Assembly (NCBI GenBank): GCA_002633005.1
Contig: NMRA01000125.1
Location: 653,566 to 717,565, forward strand
Source of the DNA: Phoronis australis
Taxonomy: Eukaryota > Animalia > Phoronida
Direction: 5' to 3'
Length of the DNA: 64,000 bases
The notes beneath the pieces were generated by a model that worked only from the letters and a program-made list of their open reading frames with translations, was not told the DNA's origin and did not search any database. Numbering within the stretch: the stretch's first letter is position 1; each line of letters starts with the position of its first letter. A program made the translations under genes and the position numbers. Below, in pieces: positions 54,231 to 64,000 of this stretch.

Positions 54231-54491
54231 CTGAAGCTATTTCAAGCCGCTCGTGTATGAGTTTTCTTAGATGAATGATCTTGTCCACAATCCGCTTTAA
54301 ATTGTGTTTTTCACCAAGGGTCTAATCTTTAAAATTAAAACCGAATTTGACATTTATTTTTAGCCTTTTCCAGTCTACTTTTTTGCGAACTCAACTTAGC
54401 TTACTATTATTCTGTTTACGACTGCATTATAGTTCACATAGATAACTGTACATGTACAATCCTAGTTTGCATTCGATGACCCCGGCATTAA

Positions 54492-55220
54492 AGAGGCCTG
54501 GAACGCGAAAAAACAGGCCCAATTGCATGATTCAAAGTGGTTCTTTGCCATTAAAACAGAATCCATAAGTTTACGGCTCGTGTGTAACTTTTTTAATTTG
54601 TCTAAGTTAATTTTTCTTTTAGTTTGGAATTTCAAAAAATCGACCTGTCAACTGCTAGTCACTTTGTCGATCTTTCTCCCAGAAGGCAAAATATGTGGCC
54701 TTATTTGGTATGGCTAGACGTACAGTAGCACATTTCCCTTACATGGGAAACGTGACTTTGTTATTTGATGTAAACAAAACATGGGCGACTTAAGCAGCAG
54801 CAAGTCCATTTAAGGCGAATTAGTGCAAGTCCTATGTCGTAGTTTTTAAATATATTCTAAAATGCACTTTTTGCTTATCGCTTGCTTCACTGGCTGATGC
54901 CTCATACTGTGCTGTCATCCCCAGATTCGGAGTGCGATCACACATGGCAATCTGCTGTTTAAATATCCATCTAGTCAGTCAGCTCCTTTTCGAATAACTG
55001 TGAGCGCATTTATCACTTATCGGAAGGAAATTAGAAACTCTGTGGTGATTACAGAGTTTTAGTTCAGCGTGCATTTCAAAAATCGAAAATGTTGTGATTT
55101 CCTCTAGAAATTCCCTCCCAGGGGAAAGTGGATGAAAATGTAATAGACGTTGCGAGATGGTACTTTCGTCAAGAATCGTTTGAAAAATATTTTTGACGTG
55201 CTTTCGCGTTCCATGCCTCT
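54492..55220. mobile_element. Kolobok-like non-autonomous DNA transposon
   Basis: 19-bp TIR AGAGGCCTGGAACGCGAAA / TTTCGCGTTCCATGCCTCT (one mismatch), TTAA TSD on both sides and AG...CT termini. Confidence 0.85.
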
Positions 55221-55661
55221 TTAATGCCTGAGGTTTTTGCTCGAATTTGTGGCTCGAATCTACATGTAGAAGTCGTCAAGGACGGACCTGGGCTGCGTAA
55301 ACCACACTATACTCGAGCACAGAGTAATACGACATTTATCTTAAATCCGTTTTAAAGTAGAAAGGAAATTGTCAACATAGATTTGGAATACTTGATGTCA
55401 AAATGTATTTCTTCTCAGATGAATTTGAAAAACAGCGTCGACTTGTTTTTATATCTATTGGTTGAAGTGAAATTGGTTGAATACTAACGCCTGGGTTTTC
55501 CTTGCTGGCCATACTGCATTGCTGTGACGAATAAAGTTCATGAACCATATATAAACCAAGTGACCATTAAAAGCCCCTTTTCTAATCTGCGTAAGGAACA
55601 AGAGGAGGCCAATTATAACGCTAAACGACCTGTTTACATACAATGCATTTAGATACACGCA

Positions 55662-55667
<6 letters not shown>

Positions 55668-55726
<59 letters not shown>
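55668..55726. repeat. (CA)n microsatellite
   Basis: Directly visible CA run. Confidence 0.95.
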
Positions 55727-55729
<3 letters not shown>

Positions 55730-58700
55730 CGGACGTACGTCAGTGACCTCTTTTCCTCATCAAATCTGCTTGGACTAATTTTGAGGACGCTGCCGTCATA
55801 CGTGTCGTGTCATTTTCCTTATTGCAAACATAATGCAAATAAACACCGTTTTCCGGTGGGAATTTACTTATTATAAGGGTAATTATTTTGTAATTCCTAG
55901 AAAATTAACTCAATGCCATGCAGTGAAATGTTGAGATTATTATTTGATAAGCAGACTGTTATATTTTCTTTGTGTAGCACATAATCCGTTTTGGAAAATC
56001 CGTTGAGACATTAAGATAATTAAAGTGTTTTTTTCGATTACGCGGGACTTCTGTGTATACATCGCACGACAATAGCATAGCTCTTTTTATCGATAAATCA
56101 CGTGTTCTCGTTTACTACTTCTTATGGAAGGATAGTGGCGCCCTGTTAAATAGTGCAAGTAAGCATGTAATTGTTGTCGTATCGTAGGACATGCACTTTC
56201 AACAGACAATTTGCTGTTTCCCGGGTGGAATTTTTTGCGTGCCCGTTGGGATTTGAGACTTCGACATGTTGTTTACGGAAAGACGCAGTTATATGAATTA
56301 ACACGAAACATATGTCATAAACACGATATCGGGGGATTCTCGGCGAGGAAATTAATTAATTTTACAGAAATTAGAAGCAGCGAGGAATCGAACCCACTAG
56401 CTCCGCAGCCGAACGCTCCGCCGCAAAGACAAATTCCACACGTTTTAGAAATGGCAGAGTACAAGTATTTCAAGCGTACATGTGTCTGGCAGACGGTGAT
56501 GACAATTGGCGATCTGCAATGAAATCACAAAAAAACAAAACGAAATTCATTATTTTACACTGAATAATCCCCATAATACGTCTTTCGGCCATAAGACTGA
56601 TCCTTTTAAAAACGCCATCTAGTATTTAATATCCTTTTATTTTGTCGTATGCTCATTAATTTAAGTGCAAAAATAATGGCTACAGTCGTAATTGTGTATT
56701 TTCATGTTCAGTAATTTTCAAAATGCGAGTACTCTTCAATGGCTAGGATAAATCCAGTTTTGCACTAAGCTTGAAAGAGCACACAGTGGGCATAGAAGTG
56801 AGGGAACGTTTCGCTCTGCCGCGCGCATGTATATTTTAAAAATGACGTTACTTCAGCTCTTTAAGATCACTTCAAATTAACAAGTACACTATTATAACTC
56901 GCTTTGTAAATACTTCAAGCAAACGTAGGACTGCTTATGAATTAAAGATTGTATAGGTTTCTACAAGCTTTATGCACTTCACTCTAGCTCTCAGCTTCCA
57001 CATACGGATGTCCACGCGGAGATTTCTTACACTGTAACAGTTGTCTAGGTTTCCAGACGTATTTGAGAAGGGTCGTTTTGCAGAACTCATTGAGGGTGTA
57101 AAATAAACACTACATGTGTCATACTATCTCTCCACAAGAAGACGGTGTTAAACATTGTCTGTGACGTACTTTTCTGTTTGTATCAGAAAATACTCGTACT
57201 GTATCGGTAAAATTAAGGCATTTAGCGGCCTAACTTGTATTAACCACAGCGGTCCTACAGCGGGGTGACGGCGGCCACGAGCCCTCACATATCCTTTTAC
57301 AGCCTCAGGGGCAAAAGGTACGTGGCTACTACACACATGCGAGATTAACTGAACAGTTATTTTTAAGGACACACCCTTTAAAGAGGTGGTGACGTGGAAA
57401 TATGAGTTGGTTATGCAATTCAACATTGGGTGCGCGCGGACGTTTTCTTGAAACACTTGGTATGACGTCGATTCCAAGATCTGATACCCATTCCAAGAAG
57501 ATTTGTCTCAACTTCCAAACTTTAAAACTTCCACATCCGGATTCATAGTCAAAATTAAGACAAAACTTGAAGTCAAAAACTTAAGTCAAGCTTAAGATCT
57601 CTTTCTTGTAACGGACTTAAGACAAATTTTAGTATTATCTAAAATTGACTAAACTTTAAGATTTGTCAGACAGTTTTCTTGGAAAGGTCACCTGGTCTCG
57701 CCACCACCACATTTCACTCATTCCCTTGTATTACTGGAAACGTAATTAATACTCAGATTGCGTAATTCCTCACGTTTTGCAGACTACCAAAACGTACCCA
57801 TCCAAAAGTAGTTCTCAATTTTATTGTAGTATTCGGGAACCTGCGACTAACAACAACTCTTGTGTAGAATCTTGACTATCTTTCGTAAAAATTCTCAGCA
57901 ATACCAAGAGTGGTACATAAGATTTTTGAAAAAGTACTCAATCTATAGTGTAATTGTTAAAACATTAAGTTCACAGTTCGATGCGTTATTAAACATTGTG
58001 AGTATACAAGTACCAGAATGGCAATCAATGAATAAACATCCAGTTATTTATTACATGCACTGTACTTTTTGTTCGAAAATTCTGCAGACGACAATAATCT
58101 CTTTCACACCTTGTGAGCATGTACTGAAAAAGTTCGTTGACTGGGCCATAGATTCCCAAAGCTTAAACTTTATTTTTCTTTTTTATTGCACCAATCCATA
58201 GCTGCAGCTCGATAACAGTTCTCGAGTTTAAGTAACGTATACATGTATCTTGAAGGGAATTGAATTTGGTGGTCGCTATGGTGGTCACGGGTCACGAGCA
58301 CGAACAACTTGACAATTGTAATGCACGTAGTTTTTAAATTCTTAGAAATTCAACATTAGTGCAAACGTGGAGATGAATTAGTTGTAAACCGGCTATTTCT
58401 AATGCGGAATTTGTGGTTGCATGCCCCTACCCAGCATGTGACGTGGAGAGAGTTGAGGGGCGGGTGGGGGGGGGGGGAGATGCGTGTTTTCGAAGCTAAA
58501 GGAAGCTGACCAAACCTGGACTTCCGTCGCCGATGTAAATTACTACCCTCTTCACCTGAAAGCGCCCCTCATACTTCACGCTACTGTAGAATTGGTCAAA
58601 ACTGCCTTATATCCTTCACTGGAAATACAGAAAACAATCAAATTATTGTGGATGTGGTTAGTGACAGTGTTCAAGCTAGTTTGTTAGGATGTGGATTTTT

Positions 58701-59042
58701 GGCTCTCACTTTAGCTGGGAGATTCCTCTTGAACATAAAATTTGTGCTGACGAAATTGACAGTCAGGTAACACACGATAGAAATTGAAGTCGCCATTTCT
58801 GAGTTTCAGTACATGATGCAGGGACAAGAAATAAGGAAACTGAAATGAAATGACGTCAAACTATGTGTCTACAATGATGCTGCTAGCTAATATTGCTCAG
58901 AGATGCACAGGGATTTCAGTTGAACAAATACGTATGCAGGTGTAGACAGCTTCACTACAGAATAGCTTATTGGTTACAAAAACACCACTTTTCTCAAAAT
59001 ATCGTGCACCCCAAATTCTTTAAAGAAAATGTCAAATCCTAG

Positions 59043-59330
59043 AAAAATGACCAATTTCGGCCAACGTCGGAACATCGTATGTCGGAAATAGCTGATAGGA
59101 TTTATTTGAAACTTTCATATATTGTGCTTTGTGCACTCTTCTCAAAAACGCGGTTAGGAATTGTTTTTAAAATGTCTCATTTTTGCTCGAGAAACTATAA
59201 ACATTAGGAGTTTTGTGTTTTTATGAAAAAAGTAAACGCTGGATAAAACAAAAAAGAAGTGATAATTTAAAGAAATGAAACAGGGCATGTGAGTCAAACA
59301 AAATTTGGTCTGTATTGATACTGTTTTTTT
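59043..59330 (+). repeat. Dispersed repeat family, copy 2 (see 28237-28530)
   Basis: Colinear shared blocks with 28237-28530. Confidence 0.7.
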
Positions 59331-59603
59331 GCCCCATCTATCGGCAAATTCTGCGTACTCCTCGTATGTACATGTTAAGATGTCTGTCTTTGGGCAATGA
59401 GTTTAAAGACGTTAGTTTCACAATGTAAACATACACCTGGTGAAAATGGCTAAAGCACAGTGTCGCGCCGCCCATCTGACCACAGAGCTGCTGGCAATAG
59501 GTTTTCCCGGTTTGCGCTGAACGTGTTAGTTCATTGTGAAGAAGTTTTTCACTTCAGTTCTTTGATCTGCGCGAATTATTTACCTCTCCTTTCCAAAGTT
59601 CAA

Positions 59604-60085
59604 TCAACAATTGTTCGGACATCAAAACCACTTGCCCGGATTTAAAAAGCTGGCTGGAAGACAATACCCAATGGTCGGTGTTCTAACTTGGTGGTCGGAC
59701 CTAAAAACAGGTAGGCAGGTACATCGAAACCAGATGGCTGCACCCAAAAACTGATTAGCAGGATATAAAAGTGGCTGCTCGATGCTCAAACTCAATGGCA
59801 GAACAAATCACCGATTTTGAACAAAACAAACGAGTACGAAAAATATACAATAGATTACATTTGGATCTTTCAAGACATTCAAAGCGAGTCACTGAAGAAG
59901 GTCGGCTGTCGTGTTTGATCACCGGTCATTTGGTTATAGCACTGGCTATCGTGTTTTGGGTGCAACCAACTAGTTTTTTGGGTGAGACCGAACAACTCGT
60001 TTAACCACCAGCCAATTGGCTTTGCAGTCCAGCCGACTGGTTTTGAAGTGCTGGCAAGTGCTTTTGAAGTCTGACCAATTATTGA
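59604..60085. mobile_element. Foldback element with degenerate, internally repetitive inverted arms
   Basis: TCAACAATTGTTCGGACATCAAAACCACTTGCC pairs with GGCAAGTGCTTTTGAAGTCTGACCAATTATTGA, and GGCTGCACCCAAAAAC pairs with GTTTTGGGTGCAACC. Confidence 0.65.
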
Positions 60086-60129
60086 TTCCCTCCCTTGCTC
60101 TTCGCCGTGCAATAATCTATACCAGTACC

Positions 60130-60165
60130 ATGATGATGATGATAATGATGATGATAATGATGATA

Positions 60166-60202
<37 letters not shown>

Positions 60203-60390
60203 CACTCATCATCATCATCACCAGCAGCAGCAACAGAAGAAGAAGCAGCAACAGCAGCAGAAGCAGAAGCAACAGAAGTAGCAGCAACAGCAGCAGAAGC
60301 AGCAGCAACAGAAGCAGCTGCAACAGCAGAAGCAGTAGCAACAGAAACAGCAGCATCAGCAGCATCAGCAACGGCAGCAGTAGTAGTAAC
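60130..60390. repeat. Compound trinucleotide microsatellite (ATG)n-(CAT)n-(AGC/AAC/AGA)n
   Basis: Directly visible. It explains the overlapping low-complexity ORFs. Confidence 0.95.
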
Positions 60391-62019
60391 AGAAATATCT
60401 ATTTTACAATACCTATTAAATGTGCGTGTCAGAACACTGGAACTGACTATCGCCACAAATTGAATCCTTTGCTTTTCCCGTTGATTTACGAAAACTTCTC
60501 AATTGATTTTAACAAATATAGTTGTGTGCGTCTGGTATAATTATTCAAAACATAAACCTAGTCATATTTGGTGTAGAGTCCTCATAAGATAAGAGGAAAT
60601 ATGAATTATTGGAAATCTCGCTATATGCACGGTATGCGTATAAGACAACCATGGAATTAAAACGGTTAGAGTACAAGTGAGTGAAAGACTGTACAACTAA
60701 GCAGTACCCAGGAACCTGACAGGTATGGTTATACGAGACCTAGCAAGTGTTCAAATTTGGTTAACTTCAGAAAGTTAGATCTCAAAAGTTGCTGGTAGGA
60801 ATCATGGGAATTTCATAAACTGTGCTTTTTGTACTGTTGTTGAAAACGTTGTTATGATTTTTATTGTTTAGCATGTGCAACAAGGTATATTGAAACAGGT
60901 CCTTTATCATATTCATGGAGTTGCATAAAACAAAAACGAAATGATAATTTAGAAAACTGTAGCGGAGTTTTAGAGACTTTATATTGATCACTTAAATCAA
61001 ATAAAATTTGGCCATTTTATTGTTACTGTTGATTTGCTAGCATTGTAACTGTCTTTCTCTTTGCTAAATTCTTTAAAGAAGGCATGATCATGTGACCCAG
61101 TTACACTTAATGTCAGATCGGTAATACTGTACGTCAAAAATCTATCATTACATGATTTTTTCTTTCAAGAAATTACAGGTTAATGCAATGCCTTTACCCA
61201 CGTAATCTTAAAGATACCCGCTCATTCATTCTGACGGACATCAAAGTTGAGCAGTTCCATAGCATTGGCATCGGAGTATAAAATTATTTTTTGTCAAAGA
61301 TACTCCTGGTTTTAGGGAAGCAAAGATTGCCATGGGCACTAGACATCTTATGTCAGTTGTGAACCTGATTAACGAGTTTTGATTTGTCCCAAAAATACTG
61401 GCGCTGTGCCGGGCAGAGATTTGTTCATGTATAAGAGACTCAGCAAATCCAGTTTTACGAGTTTCCTTTTTTAGAAGTACTATTTTATAAGATACGTTAG
61501 AGCAAATGCACTAGCACCTTTAGTATTTCGCGTTATTGAGACAATCCAAAGAGACGTCCTTGGTCTATAAATGGAGGATCACAGTAAACGTGTACCGAAA
61601 GAATCTACACATTGGTTCACATGTTTTGACATTCATGAAAGCTGTACGGTCCTCTAAGCAGAAGAAACTCATTATTATATTTCTTGGCAACTACCATGGA
61701 GTTATAAAACCACCAGTGGCTATTATTTCGGAGTCAATAATTCGCAATAGTTGAGGCTCATACCTTCATATTGGCCGCTGCTTAGGTAACTCCATCTTAA
61801 TTTTCTACCTCAGACGTCTTGATAGGCGGGTGCAATGACCGTTCCACAGGTTCACGCGTCAACACAAACAATTATTGAACGGACACGTGACAGGTTATTG
61901 CACGGGAAAGAAAACTGAGTATGCGAAGAAATGTGGATTAAATCTTTAATACGTGGTGTAAATACATTAAATCCCACGTGTTTTGATATGGCTGCTGTTA
62001 TTAGCCGAGGACGCTGCCG

Positions 62020-62105
62020 CTGCCACTAGTATTTTCACGAGGTCGAAGGTGAAGTGAAAATACCTACTCACGGCGGAGCAACCCGCCTACCGCATTTACA
62101 ATATT
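62020..62105. mobile_element. Crypton-like terminal hairpin remnant
   Basis: Hairpin GTATTTTCAC-GAGGTCGAAGGTGAA-GTGAAAATAC with a CGAAG loop, as in Crypton-type element ends. Confidence 0.3.
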
Positions 62106-62479
62106 GAATTCACATTTTTTCGTCAACTAGATTCTCTTTGCCATACTATCACAGTGACACGATGTGTCGTAGACAGTGCGAAAAATTGAATATCACCTGC
62201 TTAATAGTAGTAGTAATCTTGTTTTAATATGGACTGTTGAACGCATATGGTCAATGTTTACTGAACAATTTACTTGACGTACGCAACAAATCGGTCAACT
62301 ATTGACTATTTAAACTCCCTCATAATATCGTGTCTATTTTCGTTCGAAATTGTTGTGTGCGTATATTGTAGCAATTATCAAACAATGCATGTGTTTTAAT
62401 GGGGACCTGTTGACAGAAAACTTGAGGACCATGAAAGCTAGCTTTTCGAACCTTTGAGCCACAAGATTGATTTGCAGTT

Positions 62480-62800
62480 TTATTGACAGAACAATAATCC
62501 CGACTTAAGATCAGTTAACGCATCATTAATAACTTGGACAAGATCATTTTCTTTGAAACAAATAATGTCGTCAGTCCTCAAAATACGGAACAACCACTTT
62601 TTTACAAAGTTTGCTAAATCATCAAGAATGACTAACGCTGTGGTAAAGTTTATCAATGGCACTGGAAAGGACCACGCACAAGGAAGACAAGGCCAGAGGT
62701 GAAATATCCAAACTCGAAATAGTCCTTCTTTAATACCAACGCAAGATAAATGTCCATTATTATTCTGTGCTAAAGTATATTGTGGTTTATGCGTATGGTT
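62480..62800 (-). pseudogene. Non-LTR retrotransposon reverse transcriptase remnant
   Basis: QY....NGHLS..GIKEG....DDL........TDD......L...IN..L..L parallels the Q.V..NG..S..GVPQG...NDL....ADD...L...LN.DL block of LINE RTs. Heavily decayed. Confidence 0.45.
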
Positions 62801-63872
62801 TCTCCTGACCTCTTGATTCAAAGTACAAATTGGGGTAAAACCTGAGTACTCGAGTAAAAACGCGAAATTTCAGAATCGAACTTATGGTCTTAAAGCTGGG
62901 GTCATCAAGTACAAATTAGACCTAAGCAGCCATCTAGGTAAACAATAACGTACTCCAACACAGAAAAACAGACACTTCTCTTACATAAGAGTAGAACGGA
63001 AAATGTCAAAATAATTTTGATTCTGCTTTCGAGTACACAACATTTGACTCCGGACTCAGACCTTGAGCTGCGCTCCGTACACCCGAAGTACTCGCGAGAA
63101 TAAAATGTGTGATCACGAGCTTCGCTCATCAGGTGATACATGTACATGGCGATATCTCATGAAGATTTTAATTGCCTAGCTGGTCTTCCATTTTCACTGT
63201 GACGAGATTCTGGCGGTTGTGGATCCCGCTTTCTAAGATCGCCAGGACTTGTTTTAGCTGGAGAATGAGAATCATTTCAGGAGAGAAATGTTTTTACAGT
63301 GAGAAGTGACAGAAGTAGTTTTGGATGAAATCACCAAAACAGTTTTCAAAGTCAGTTAGTGACAGTGTACATTTGTATGTTTGAAAGTGGCGAGGAGACG
63401 ATCTAAGCACGGTGTTTACCTGCACTTTTAACTGACCGACTGGTGACTCATACACAATGGTTTACCGTTATGAATATGACATATCACATGCGCCCCATTG
63501 TGAGATTACAATTTTTTATGACGTATGTTTTCCAAATACTTTATTGCATTCATTCCTGTATCATAATAATAACATATTTTCGTTTACTCCTACTCTTCTT
63601 TTAACGTGTAGAAACAGAGCTTGAATCGCATTATTGCGGGGCATATATGGGACATCCAAGATATTTCACATGTTAAATGTCATTTTTTATGTGATCACAT
63701 GGACTCGTCTCGTCGGCAATGGTCTGGAATACAGTTTGATACCCGAAACTGTTTCTCAAAACTCGGGCACGTTATATCCGACCATTACCAACTCGTCGTC
63801 TACGTGTTACTCCTTTTTCTCGCTTTAGCACGTTCCCAAGGTGTCTTGTTTGTGCAGTACTACTGTAAAACT

Positions 63873-64000
63873 CGTAGGCGGCACACCATACGGGCAGGAG
63901 GGCTATAGCTCCCACTTTATTCAGTGCTTCGCCACCCATAATTGTATATGAACGGTGCATCACGGGGGACTGGGGGACTACAGCCCCCACTTTTGTCAGT
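63873..64000 (+). mobile_element. Tandem dimer of the ~70-bp micro-element (truncated by window end)
   Basis: CGTAGGCGGCACACCAT...GGGCTATAGCTCCCACTTTATTCAGTGCTTCGCCACCCATA (63873-63940), then a second unit from 63947. Confidence 0.6.

Noticed and set aside
59879-60540. Long overlapping ORFs (poly-M/S/H/L)
   Set aside because: They arise from stop-free trinucleotide microsatellites.
1-64000. Prokaryotic-type system (operon, defence island, prophage) or rRNA/snRNA/known miRNA genes
   Set aside because: Gene density is essentially nil, no ORF exceeds 180 aa, and I recognised no such RNA gene by eye.

Overview
AT-rich eukaryotic genomic DNA. The repeat types and composition suggest a marine invertebrate, possibly a deuterostome such as a hemichordate, echinoderm or amphioxus (inference only). 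I could not support any intact protein-coding gene: the supplied ORFs are short and mostly spurious. The window is an intergenic or intronic patchwork of decayed transposable elements. These include the end of an Academ-like element, Crypton-like elements, Helentron-associated (HINE-like) elements, a pseudogenised THAP-domain transposase and a Penelope-like retroelement with inverted pseudo-LTRs that each carry a minimal hammerhead ribozyme. There are also CR1/L2-type LINE fragments, Kolobok-, Harbinger- and hAT-like MITEs, and mini- and microsatellites. Three near-identical duplications abut single-N scaffold gaps and probably are uncollapsed haplotypes. The most interesting signals are: (1) strong enrichment of TACATGTA, which at two sites looks like a 6-bp insertion at a TA, consistent with Tc1/mariner excision scars; (2) a same-orientation array of CTCF-like motifs inside a HINE; (3) the paired hammerhead ribozymes; (4) a ~70-77 bp micro-element that occurs as tandem dimers. 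All coordinates and identities were judged by eye.
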